From the IMG/VR virus record IMGVR_UViG_3300045970_000382, positions 64,001-128,000 of that record: 64,000 nt of DNA; one strand, 5' to 3'. The first letter of the stretch is position 1. Each line of letters begins with the position of its first letter. Made by a program: the position numbers and the translations under genes. The DNA is from a virus. Below the pieces are notes generated by a model. The model was given only the letters and a program-made list of their open reading frames with translations, made no database searches and was not told the DNA's origin. Positions 49,965 to 59,300 of this stretch are shown here, piece after piece.

Positions 49965-50062
49965 TGTGTTTTAAGCGTGTTTAAATTTCAACGGTTATCA
50001 GTGCATAGCTATGTTTAAAACTAAGCTTAAAACGCATTTTTAGTGGTTATTTAACGGGATTT
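49965..50062 (-). repeat. Dispersed ~97-bp repeat, copy A
   Basis: Starts at the HNH copy 6 stop; 12-bp imperfect inverted repeats at 49965-49976 and 50025-50036. Confidence 0.7.
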
Positions 50063-50797
50063 TCAGTCATCAATATCGACTACGCGATTCATTAGTATTG
50101 TATATATTTCAGGATCTAAATCATCTTTAAATAAATTACCTAACCTTTTAAATTCAGCTTCTTTAGCTGCTTTATAGGCTAGCCTAGCTTCTTCTTCTGT
50201 TTTGTAACTACCAAGGTACTTTAATTTTCCTTCAACGTTACAAGCAGCTTTGTATGGATTTGTTTTACTACCAGAAGGAGAAACTCCAATACGAAATTCA
50301 CCTCTACTAGCATCACTTTTTTCTAAAACAGTGTTTATCTGAGGTGGAACTAAGCAACAAGTTTCTGGTGAATATAGCTTGTTTCCTTTAATACGAAGAT
50401 CTTTGTCTATTTGCCAAAATAAAGCAGATCCAAACATTGATAAGTAATCAGGAGCAAAATTCTGAAAATTCCACCAACGTTCACATACAGTACAAGCACT
50501 ATAAGTAGGCCATACACCTCTAATAGTTTCATTATAACATCTTCGTAACATCTGAATCCAACAATTATAAATTCTTGGATATAATTTACAAGAATAATTT
50601 CCAACTCCAATAAATGCAATACCATAAATAATTGGATGATTTAGATTCTTAACCTGACCATTTCTTAAAGCGCCAGCATTACAAATTTTTTCAGTCCCAT
50701 CTTTAAATCTAATTTTTACATTGTTATAATCTATATATTCCATAACAGTGCAATTACCAGATTTATTTGTTTTGAATACATCACCTATTTTAATCAT
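50063..50797 (-). CDS. HNH-AP2 homing endonuclease (copy 6)
   Basis: Colinear paralog. Confidence 0.8.
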   Translation of the reverse strand: MIKIGDVFKTNKSGNCTVMEYIDYNNVKIRFKDGTEKICNAGALRNGQVKNLNHPIIYGIAFIGVGNYSCKLYPRIYNCWIQMLRRCYNETIRGVWPTYSACTVCERWWNFQNFAPDYLSMFGSALFWQIDKDLRIKGNKLYSPETCCLVPPQINTVLEKSDASRGEFRIGVSPSGSKTNPYKAACNVEGKLKYLGSYKTEEEARLAYKAAKEAEFKRLGNLFKDDLDPEIYTILMNRVVDIDD

Positions 50798-51927
50798 GCT
50801 GTCTCCTTTATTAAAGCTTTTGCCTGTGTTACTACTTTTGGTGCAAGAGTTTTACCAAGGAGTTGTATAACTTTGTCTTTGTTTTCAACTATATCTTCTA
50901 AAGTTTTTATTCCAGCAGCATCCAACTTCTTGGCTTTCACTATTCCAATTCCATCTAACGAAACTAATTCGGCTAGACCGGCTCTGACACCATGTTTTAC
51001 ACGGAGTGCAATAATAGTTAGTTCTTTAGAACTCTCCCAACCAAATAATCCATTCATCCACGTTAATGCTCCAATTATTCTATCAATATCAGATCGTAAT
51101 TGTCGTGAGTAAATATGGATTCCTTCTTGTTCAGTTAGAACATCATATAAATCTGCAGCAATAGTACTTTTAGTTATAGATTTTGATACTAGTTGAGGAA
51201 TTGTATCTAAAACAGCTTCAGAATAATTCTCAACGAATTCTATATCTTTAGCAGCTATATAACCAGCCTGCATACTTGGAGTTGTTCCAAGAGTATAGGA
51301 AATAGCCAAATCACTAGACCAGAGATTATGATTATAGATATTCATAAAATTCATATACCAATGAAAAACATCTCTTGGATAAAAATAAAGAGTAGCACTT
51401 ATTTTACCTAACGAAGTAATCTTAAACACACCAGTATCTGTAAGTGTTAACATTCTTATTTTAATAAGATCAGCTAATACTTGATCTATAAACCCATCTT
51501 CTAATTTTAACTGAATAGCTGCCAATGATCTTAAAAACCAATGTCTTAGTGTTTCCCTATTCCAAACCTCACCATTGGATATTTCAGCCAGTACATGAAA
51601 TCCTAAAATGTCACTGTTAATCAAAGTAGATATGATATTTCGTGGATTATTTATTTTATATTGCCATGAAGAAACATTATCACAGATAAAATAACAACGA
51701 CCTATATCAGACCAACCTAAACGACCACAACGTCCAGCAGCCTGCAATATATCTAATTCATCTATTTGACTAAGACCACGTGTGTTACCTACAATAATAA
51801 CATTGGTAGCACAGGTGTTGCAGTTATGTGTTAAGATTTTATTAGCAAAAAAGTTATGGTTCTTTTCTACAGATAAGTCTATATGGATATTTTCTGATTT
51901 TCGCTTCACAATAGATGTTATTTTCAT
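50794..51927 (-). CDS. Ski2/Hel308-like helicase C-terminal half, preceded by split-intein C-fragment (IntC, 35 aa)
   Basis: MKITSI...DLSVEKNHNFFANKILTHN|C, then motif VI QAAGRCGRLG and C-terminal HhH LDGIGIVKAKKL. Confidence 0.88.
   Translation of the reverse strand: MKITSIVKRKSENIHIDLSVEKNHNFFANKILTHNCNTCATNVIIVGNTRGLSQIDELDILQAAGRCGRLGWSDIGRCYFICDNVSSWQYKINNPRNIISTLINSDILGFHVLAEISNGEVWNRETLRHWFLRSLAAIQLKLEDGFIDQVLADLIKIRMLTLTDTGVFKITSLGKISATLYFYPRDVFHWYMNFMNIYNHNLWSSDLAISYTLGTTPSMQAGYIAAKDIEFVENYSEAVLDTIPQLVSKSITKSTIAADLYDVLTEQEGIHIYSRQLRSDIDRIIGALTWMNGLFGWESSKELTIIALRVKHGVRAGLAELVSLDGIGIVKAKKLDAAGIKTLEDIVENKDKVIQLLGKTLAPKVVTQAKALIKETA
51823..51927 (-). mobile_element. Split intein C-fragment
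   Basis: Intein blocks F/G ending HN, followed by Cys+1. Confidence 0.88.
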
Positions 51928-52771
51928 AATTTTTTAATATTTTTTTAATTTCAATTTGGAATTTATTAAGAACAGCTTGTGGAGAATCTTTCCTATAATT
52001 AAAAGGAATTCTTATAACATGCCATCCTAATGATTGTAAAAATAAATCTTTTCTATTATCACTTTCTATTTTTTCAGGACTTGAGTGACATATATCTGAA
52101 TCTATTTCAATAGCAATTTTAAATTCAAGAATAGCAAAATCTATACAATATCCTCTATGACATTTACCATTATTATCAGGTTCAGGATAATTAAAATCTA
52201 TTTTAAAAGGTAATTTAATAATGTTTATCCAAGAAATTATTTTCTTTTCAAATTTACTAGGCTCTTGATACATACCAAGATAATGCCAAGCTGTATGTTC
52301 ACGTTGAAGTTTTTTTGATTCTTCAGTATGTTTTTTCCCATAAAAATGATTATCTTTACCTGATTCATTTTCATTTTTTACACGTCTTGGGAATGTTGGA
52401 GTATTTTGATAATGGGCTTTCATTGTCTTGCTTATCTGTTGTTTTGTTTCATTTGTTTGTGCAGGTCTTAATGCAAAAGATGCTTTCATTTTTAATGAAA
52501 ATTCTTCTGTTTTCCAAAGTTCTTTATTTTGTAAATTACGCTCTTTAACTTTGTCAGGATTAGCTTTGCAATAGGCTTTTGAAGTTTCTCTTTTATTATC
52601 TTTCCATTTTTGACTAACTAAAGGAGCGTTAGGATATTTAACTTTGTATTCAGTTAATTTATATCCATGCGTAAAAAATAAATGTCCATTAGTTATTTGT
52701 TTACATTGTTTACCACATTCTCTACAAGAGATTGTTTCATATGTATCATTTTCAAACATTAGCTTCACCAT
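51854..52771 (-). CDS. Free-standing Vsr/DUF559-like endonuclease with Zn finger and NUMOD3
   Basis: CRECGK...HL..H; NHFYGKKHTEESK; IDFA....KIAIEID...H......D.RKD.FL...GW.VIRI. Confidence 0.8.
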   Translation of the reverse strand: MVKLMFENDTYETISCRECGKQCKQITNGHLFFTHGYKLTEYKVKYPNAPLVSQKWKDNKRETSKAYCKANPDKVKERNLQNKELWKTEEFSLKMKASFALRPAQTNETKQQISKTMKAHYQNTPTFPRRVKNENESGKDNHFYGKKHTEESKKLQREHTAWHYLGMYQEPSKFEKKIISWINIIKLPFKIDFNYPEPDNNGKCHRGYCIDFAILEFKIAIEIDSDICHSSPEKIESDNRKDLFLQSLGWHVIRIPFNYRKDSPQAVLNKFQIEIKKILKNYENNIYCEAKIRKYPYRLICRKEP

Positions 52772-52802
52772 TAGCTTACCTTAGGATTAGCTTACATTAA
52801 CA

Positions 52803-53111
52803 TTAACTAAAATCAGTGTCAAGATTAAACAAATCTTCTTCCCCTGTAAGATTTTGTGCTTCAATTATTGAAAAAGAATTATCTTTATTTTTACAATAAA
52901 AAGGATGTTTTCTATCTACAATTATTGTTTTTCCATTTTCTAATGTAATAACAAACTCATTAATAGGTCCATATTCTAAGACATTAAGAATATTATCTTG
53001 TTCTAAATATCCTTGTTCATTCCAAGATAAAATTTCATCATTGATTTTAATATCTTTAGCTAATTTTTCTGTCCCATTAGACATAGTTACTAATGTATCT
53101 TTTGATACAGA
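52803..53111 (-). mobile_element. Split intein N-fragment (102 aa)
   Basis: SVSKDTLVTMSNG.EK.AKDIKIND.ILSWN...I.LENGKTIIVDRKHPF, then stop. Confidence 0.85.
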
Positions 53112-55952
53112 ACCCCATGCCAAACCGCTGGTGGAAATTAATACTTGTAAAGATTCTTTAGTATTTTCAGCAAAATCTTCTAAAAATTGTGTTCGGGAAC
53201 TCATTTCTAAATCAGCATTATAAAATAAACAATCAATTTCTTGATCTTTAAATTTAGATTCAAGCATCCGTCCAGTATTTTTATCATGTACGAAGATTAG
53301 TGTTTTCTCATTTGGATTTTTATAATAACATTCAAGAGCTAGATTCAATTTATCTTGCTGTTGGTCAGCATATCTTAAAGATGTGTCATATTCTAATAAA
53401 TTCCATTGAATAACAGTGGGTCTCCAATTATTATTTATTACTTCTGTCGGTTTACCGTTTAGTGTTGTAAGCCAAGTCTTAAATTCAGATACATTTGGCA
53501 TAGTAGCAGATAGCATCAATATCTTAGCTGATGGTACTAACTTTGAAAATCGCATGATTCCTACTTCAAGTGCATGTCCTCTATTTGTAGTAAGAAGTGA
53601 TGATTCGTCGGTAATTATCAGCCCAATATCAAATAACCAATCTGATTTTTCAGATTTATAATTTCGTGAACGGGAGTTATGTAACATAATTCCACCTTGT
53701 CCGCCAATCCAATTTTGTATTGGGTATGAAACATTTTTAGGTTGTATTTCAAGATCATATACAATATCTTTTCTTAAAAATTCTATACTTTTAATTTTGA
53801 CAAAATGTAAATGTGGATTGAGATTGTTTCTTTGTCTTGGGTTATTTTCATTAATTCGTATATCCCATGTTAAATATTCTTTATCTTTGTATATTCTAGT
53901 ATTTTTTATTACAAAACTAAATCTTCCAACTAATAGTGTTAAATTTTGAATATCTTTAGATAGTTGAAAAGATGCTGTTCTAAAAAGATGTCTATTTTTA
54001 CTTGAGTTATCAAAAAACCCATCACCGCAAAGCATTCCATTTAAAAAGGATTCTATTTTAGATGCTTCCCAAGTAAAAACAAAATCAGGAATAGATTTTT
54101 CACGAGATAATCCACCAAACAAATGTCCTATGTATTGCCATAAAACTGAATTCACATGCAGTGTGTGTATTATTCCACCAATAGGTCTAATATCTGTTTT
54201 TGAAGTAATATTACCACCAAAAACTTTTTGTGCCCGTTCTAAAAATTGTAAGTTGTCATTTTTTTGCTCTATGGTTAATCTTGGGCCACGAACACAGCAT
54301 CCATCAGCAACAAAAAATCCCAATGCCCATGCTAGATCATTGTCAACTTCAATTTTTGCTGGAAATTCTAATTTAGAATGATATGCTTTTACTTTTTTCA
54401 TTTCATTTATATCTAATAAACCTAATCTAAATGAATTTTCAAGTAATATTAATGGGAGATAACCTCGTTTTCTCCAATCATTTATTCTTTGTGTTGTCTT
54501 ACTTAGACGTTCGTTTTCATATTTTATTGATGGGACTGCGCTAATTAAATAAAAATCATTTGAAAAAAGATTTAGTATTTTATCACTTGTGAAAAATGTT
54601 CTAGTTTTATTTACTATAGGTAAATCTAATAACAGTTCAGCAAACGGAATTATAGATTTAGTTGCTAAAGTTTCAAATCCAGTACTTATAGCAACTTGAT
54701 CTTTTTCTATATCAATATCTTTTAATATTTTAGGTATTAGTTTCTTTGTAGTTTTATCTAAGATAAATAAATTATGGCATTCTGTCATTTCAACAGATCT
54801 TCCTCCAATTAAAGATACTTTATAAATATCTTTTGGTTCTATTTTAATTCTTCCAGTTATTTCAGTCGGTAAGATTCCTTTTCCTTCATGGTAAGAAAAT
54901 ACTTCACAATCAATATTATCTTCAACTATGTTACCAATACAGTCTTTCCAAACATTGCCGTTTTTATAACAATAAAGCTCAGTTTCGTATGGATACGAGT
55001 CGGTCATTTCTGATGTACAACAAATAATATCAGCTTCGTTTAGTTCTTTAGCTTTTGTTTCTGTTAGAACAAAGTCTCCAGTTAAAATACATATTTTATA
55101 ATCTTGTCCAAATGATTTAGTCCAGTCGTTAAATTTTTCAAGAGTTAATGCTTTTAATGGTGAGACATAACAAATCTTCTTTTTGTGTACTTTTAATGTT
55201 TCCCAAACAAATAATTCAGCAGATATAGTTTTTCCTGTTGATGTAGCTGTTCCTAATACTAAGTTACAATCTTGATGCCAATAACCGTGTTTTAAAATTG
55301 TGGATTGCACACGATTGAATTGCTTAAATCCATATTTAAAATGTGGAAAATAATTATTTAAATAACAATCTTCAATCTCAACTAAATCTGTCATCATTTC
55401 TTTTGATGCCAAGTCTTTTGTTGGTTTATAAACAGGTTCAATAGAACTTTGTACCGATTTAATTGTCGAATTTAAAGATCTTAAATGATGTTCTGTTTTT
55501 GTACCACAGTTAGGAAATGCAGCACAACCCATGAATTTTACACCTGTAGCTTTAACAGTTCTTTCAACGGTATAAGAACCACATTTTTTACAGAATATAA
55601 TCTCATTAGATATTTTAATCAGATTATTTACTCGAAGAGTTATTCTTTCAAATACAGTAGTGTTACCCTCTGTTCGTAATACTTTAGGTTCCTGACATAT
55701 AATTTTATTTGCAATAGTGTCGTATAAAATGTTACGAATGGCGTCTTCACCAATATCTCTGGTTTTGCCAGTACCATCAACAGTGGTATAGATATGTATT
55801 TCAAGTGAAGGTTTAGATTTTAAAGTGGCACAGATGACTAACTCTGTTCCTCTCTTTGGAAGTTTAAATTCCCATTTTAAAAAATCGTGTTGAGGAGTAA
55901 AAAAAGTATCTGCCCAGTTTTCAAATTGATCTTTTGTTAGAGCAACAAACAT
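52803..55952 (-). CDS. Ski2/Hel308-like helicase N-terminal half with cis LAGLIDADG intein and terminal split-intein N-fragment
   Basis: FNRVQS, ATSTGKT, SPLKAL, LTGD, LIITDESSLL, LSATMPN, NWRP, ISTSGLAWG|SVSKDT; Zn ribbon CKKC..FMGC..FPNC. Confidence 0.88.
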   Translation of the reverse strand: MFVALTKDQFENWADTFFTPQHDFLKWEFKLPKRGTELVICATLKSKPSLEIHIYTTVDGTGKTRDIGEDAIRNILYDTIANKIICQEPKVLRTEGNTTVFERITLRVNNLIKISNEIIFCKKCGSYTVERTVKATGVKFMGCAAFPNCGTKTEHHLRSLNSTIKSVQSSIEPVYKPTKDLASKEMMTDLVEIEDCYLNNYFPHFKYGFKQFNRVQSTILKHGYWHQDCNLVLGTATSTGKTISAELFVWETLKVHKKKICYVSPLKALTLEKFNDWTKSFGQDYKICILTGDFVLTETKAKELNEADIICCTSEMTDSYPYETELYCYKNGNVWKDCIGNIVEDNIDCEVFSYHEGKGILPTEITGRIKIEPKDIYKVSLIGGRSVEMTECHNLFILDKTTKKLIPKILKDIDIEKDQVAISTGFETLATKSIIPFAELLLDLPIVNKTRTFFTSDKILNLFSNDFYLISAVPSIKYENERLSKTTQRINDWRKRGYLPLILLENSFRLGLLDINEMKKVKAYHSKLEFPAKIEVDNDLAWALGFFVADGCCVRGPRLTIEQKNDNLQFLERAQKVFGGNITSKTDIRPIGGIIHTLHVNSVLWQYIGHLFGGLSREKSIPDFVFTWEASKIESFLNGMLCGDGFFDNSSKNRHLFRTASFQLSKDIQNLTLLVGRFSFVIKNTRIYKDKEYLTWDIRINENNPRQRNNLNPHLHFVKIKSIEFLRKDIVYDLEIQPKNVSYPIQNWIGGQGGIMLHNSRSRNYKSEKSDWLFDIGLIITDESSLLTTNRGHALEVGIMRFSKLVPSAKILMLSATMPNVSEFKTWLTTLNGKPTEVINNNWRPTVIQWNLLEYDTSLRYADQQQDKLNLALECYYKNPNEKTLIFVHDKNTGRMLESKFKDQEIDCLFYNADLEMSSRTQFLEDFAENTKESLQVLISTSGLAWGSVSKDTLVTMSNGTEKLAKDIKINDEILSWNEQGYLEQDNILNVLEYGPINEFVITLENGKTIIVDRKHPFYCKNKDNSFSIIEAQNLTGEEDLFNLDTDFS
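53676..54998 (-). mobile_element. Cis intein with LAGLIDADG endonuclease (441 aa)
   Basis: Begins SYPYET after motif Ib TSEMTD; block B TECHNLF; LGFFVADG and FLNGMLCGDG; ends VYDLEI...GGIMLHN|S. Confidence 0.88.
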
Positions 55953-56024
55953 GCTTATGCCTTTTATGAATTAATTGGTATTTCATTATATAAAAACTAT
56001 AATAAATAAGCTAGACTGTATTAA

Positions 56025-57026
56025 TCATTTATTTTGTTGGAATTCTAGATTATGGAGTCGTTCACGGATTAGAGTACAATATTCTGGATTTTTTTCTATA
56101 AGAACGTAATTTCTATTTGTGAATAGACATGCTATTCCTGTTGAACCTGATCCAGCAAAAGGATCTAATACTGTGTCACCTTTTTTTGAAATCATTTTAA
56201 CTAAATGCTCCATTAATTTTAAGGGTTTTACAGTAGGATGTTTATTACTTAAGATTGAATCTAGACCTAAATTTCTTTCACTCTTTACAGATTTTGTTGA
56301 GTAAAAATATCTAGATATTTCAATATTTGGAAAAATAGATAAAACTTCATCTGATTCATCATGCATTACATTTGACGGATATCTTCCTAAATCATTGGGT
56401 ATCCAAGTATCTTTAGGATTTAAATAATAACTTGAAGCATGTTCTCTCCTTTTTTGTTTTGAATTATCTATTTTTACATTATCTACGTCTCCAAATCTAA
56501 CATCATCTATATTAAGTGCTCCTGTTCCCCAACGAACGATGTTCTCTGTTATGGTATGATATAAAAGTGGCTTCCTAGCCAATGTTATAGGTTCAAGTGC
56601 TGGTTTTAAGCAAGAAGCAGAACCTTCCCATTCACCTTTATCATCTAATATCTTATCTATACTTTTACCTAAATTGACTCCTTTTGGAAACCCACTACCA
56701 TATAGCCAAATGAGCATATCTCTTATTTCAAAACCAGCATCTTCAATACGCACAGCCATTCTATGCTGAGTTTTAGTTCCTGAAAAAGATAATAGATGTC
56801 CTCCAGGTTTAAGTACCCGTAAACATTCTTCCCATATATCTTGAGAAGGAACATCATAGTCCCATTTATTACACATAAATGAGATTCCATAAGGCGGATC
56901 TGTTATGATTGCATCAATAGAATTTGAGGCAAAATTCTGCATTTCTAACAAACAATCTCCCTGATAGACTTTGTTAGTCTTAAATCTATTTTTGTAATTA
57001 GATTTTAATTCTTCAAACTTAGACAT
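56025..57026 (-). CDS. DNA methyltransferase (N6A/N4C, beta class)
   Basis: ITDPPY precedes HPTVKP and VLDPFAGSGSTG. Confidence 0.9.
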   Translation of the reverse strand: MSKFEELKSNYKNRFKTNKVYQGDCLLEMQNFASNSIDAIITDPPYGISFMCNKWDYDVPSQDIWEECLRVLKPGGHLLSFSGTKTQHRMAVRIEDAGFEIRDMLIWLYGSGFPKGVNLGKSIDKILDDKGEWEGSASCLKPALEPITLARKPLLYHTITENIVRWGTGALNIDDVRFGDVDNVKIDNSKQKRREHASSYYLNPKDTWIPNDLGRYPSNVMHDESDEVLSIFPNIEISRYFYSTKSVKSERNLGLDSILSNKHPTVKPLKLMEHLVKMISKKGDTVLDPFAGSGSTGIACLFTNRNYVLIEKNPEYCTLIRERLHNLEFQQNK

Positions 57027-57244
57027 TATTTATCTAATAAAGAGGAATTATCAGTTCTACTTATATAACTCAAATCTGAGACATAATGTTGTATTTTGTT
57101 TTTTGAATCTAATTTAAATCTAGCTTCAAAATGATAATAACCTTCTCCTTCCTTAGTTAGTTTTTGTAAGGCTTTTATGATTTTTTGTTGAAGGTTATGT
57201 TCATCAAGATTAATTAAAGAATCATCTGTTATAATTATTACCAT
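57026..57244 (-). CDS. Hypothetical protein
   Basis: 72-aa ORF coupled at both ends. Confidence 0.5.
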   Translation of the reverse strand: MVIIITDDSLINLDEHNLQQKIIKALQKLTKEGEGYYHFEARFKLDSKNKIQHYVSDLSYISRTDNSSLLDK

Positions 57245-57519
57245 CTATTTTTAGGATTAAGATTTTCAATTAATTTTACTAAAATATCACCATGACAGGC
57301 TTTTGGTTTACAACAACACCCTAATACTTTATCTTGTAAATTAGGTAACATTTCTCTAAGATGTTCAGCTTGTGGAGAATTAGTTATCCATTCTTCATAT
57401 TTTTGAATAACTTCTTCTCTGTTACCATCTTTACCTATGATAAATGGATTACCCCACTGACCTGGACGTCTTATATCTACATCATATTTACTATTATAGG
57501 CATTTACTACCTTAGTCAT
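57238..57519 (-). CDS. DUF4326 protein
   Basis: YDVDIRRPGQWGNPF.IG.DG.REEVI.KY...L..K.LGCCCKPKACHGDIL. Confidence 0.85.
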   Translation of the reverse strand: MTKVVNAYNSKYDVDIRRPGQWGNPFIIGKDGNREEVIQKYEEWITNSPQAEHLREMLPNLQDKVLGCCCKPKACHGDILVKLIENLNPKNRW

Positions 57520-57525
57520 TTTAAT

Positions 57526-57867
57526 TTATTCCTTAAGAAAGATTTTCCAAGCGTTACGTTCATAAGAATCAGTTGTATAGCCATTTTTTAATAAATTTTT
57601 TAACAGATTTTTATCTAAAATACTTTCTACATAAATTGTTTTTTTGAAAGATTCAAGATGTAGAATCATTCCTTTAAAATAACCTTGACCTTGATATTTT
57701 TCTGGTATAGAAACGTTAGCTACATCAATTGTGTTATAAATAACTCCACCCAAATTGTGATAACCATGCCGTAAATAGACCTTGATATGTTTAGTTTCAA
57801 TCCAGGTATTTTTTACATGATTATCTATAAAATAATCAATGAGTTTTAAAAGTGTCTTATCTTTCAT
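57526..57867 (-). CDS. GNAT-like hypothetical protein
   Basis: IDVANVSIPEKYQGQGYF acetyl-CoA-loop-like motif. Confidence 0.5.
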   Translation of the reverse strand: MKDKTLLKLIDYFIDNHVKNTWIETKHIKVYLRHGYHNLGGVIYNTIDVANVSIPEKYQGQGYFKGMILHLESFKKTIYVESILDKNLLKNLLKNGYTTDSYERNAWKIFLKE

Positions 57868-58433
57868 TATGAAACCTCAGCGTATTTAAAATTCTCAATT
57901 ACGAACGGAGTGTCATTTCCGTATTTCTTTTTATACTGTAGGTACTCGTTTTTATTCACTAAAAAATAGACGGCATCGTTTAACATTAATCCATTAAGAC
58001 TAGCCCTTATTTCATAAAAGTTTTTATATATCTCGCTTTCTTTTGGTTTTAGATCAATAAAAGTTTCGTGATATTTTCCTTTATGCTGATTACTAAAGTG
58101 AGACTTAAACTTTTTAAGAGAAATATTTTTACTGGGTAACACTGTGACATCTAAAATATTTTCAATTATTTCAGGATAATTGTTGAGTAAGAACGATAAT
58201 GAATCTTTATTTACGTATCTTGTGTATGTTAAATAAAACCATTTAAAAACATCAGAATGGTTTTTTAAGTTATATAATCCATTTCTTGTTTTTGAGAATG
58301 GTACTTTGTCATTAAGAACTTTTGCTATTTTAAACAAAAGAATAATTTCATTATTCTTTATGGCTACATGTACTTGGAATATTGCTCTTTCATTAGGGAT
58401 TATTGTTATAGTCTTTCCGTATTTTGTTCTCAT
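57867..58433 (-). CDS. Hypothetical protein
   Basis: 188-aa ORF in operon. Confidence 0.55.
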   Translation of the reverse strand: MRTKYGKTITIIPNERAIFQVHVAIKNNEIILLFKIAKVLNDKVPFSKTRNGLYNLKNHSDVFKWFYLTYTRYVNKDSLSFLLNNYPEIIENILDVTVLPSKNISLKKFKSHFSNQHKGKYHETFIDLKPKESEIYKNFYEIRASLNGLMLNDAVYFLVNKNEYLQYKKKYGNDTPFVIENFKYAEVS

Positions 58434-58445
58434 AAATCCCCTTAA

Positions 58446-59300
58446 TCATCTTATTATTGAATTTTCACGTTCACCTTCGACTCTTCTTTTAACTTTTTCA
58501 TAAAAGACTTTAATATCAGTAAAGGCTAAGTCAGCTATGCCTTGAAAACGACCTGCTATGAAAGCTGTTTGAATTGAATCATCGTCAGATATAACACATT
58601 CTTTAATACCATTACATGTAATTTCATAATTTTCTAAATCATTAAATACATTGTGAATTAATTCCCATTGAGATACATTAAAACGGCCTTTAAGTAGTTC
58701 TTTATCTACTAAATTAGTGTCACCTGTTTTTATTTTGTTGATGATTTGTCTCTGCATAGCTTTATCGCCATTTGACTTGCGAATGATACCTAATGCGTCA
58801 TTGGTCTTTAATTCACCACTTTTCATTGCTTCTTTTACAGAGTCATCAGCATTAAGAAGTGCTATGCGATTGCTTACGTGAGACAATGATTTACCAATTC
58901 TTTTAGCTATATCAGCTTGGCTCCAATTATAAGGATCATCACGGAGTCGTTGCAACATTTCAGCTTCTTCAAGCGGTAAAAAATGCTTACCATCATTAGA
59001 TGTTATCATGTCGGCAAATATATAGGCTTCTGATTCATTTTCATCTATTACTAGAGCAATAAAATCAGGAATAATTCCTTTTTCAACTAAACTCATACAG
59101 GCCATGTATCGTCTATGACCATCAATGAGTTGGTATTCACCATCTTTTAGTTGAACTCTACAAGGCTGTAACATGCCACGCTCTTTAATAGATTCAGCCA
59201 GTATCTTCAAGTCCCCAAAATCAAAGCGGGTGTTTCTTCCAGGAATTACTGTTACGTTTCGTGGATCTAATGTTTGAAAGTTATTATTTATAGGAGTCAT
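58446..59300 (-). CDS. ParB-like protein
   Basis: NTRFDFG.L..LAESIKERGMLQP..V....YQLIDGHRRY.A; HTH WSQADIAKRIGKS; ATG 59300 preferred. Confidence 0.8.
   Translation of the reverse strand: MTPINNNFQTLDPRNVTVIPGRNTRFDFGDLKILAESIKERGMLQPCRVQLKDGEYQLIDGHRRYMACMSLVEKGIIPDFIALVIDENESEAYIFADMITSNDGKHFLPLEEAEMLQRLRDDPYNWSQADIAKRIGKSLSHVSNRIALLNADDSVKEAMKSGELKTNDALGIIRKSNGDKAMQRQIINKIKTGDTNLVDKELLKGRFNVSQWELIHNVFNDLENYEITCNGIKECVISDDDSIQTAFIAGRFQGIADLAFTDIKVFYEKVKRRVEGERENSIIR

Noticed and set aside
51854-52803. Frameshifted helicase pseudogene or group I intron interrupting the helicase
   Set aside because: Both halves end or begin with clear intein blocks, and there is no non-coding space for an intron core; a split intein explains it.
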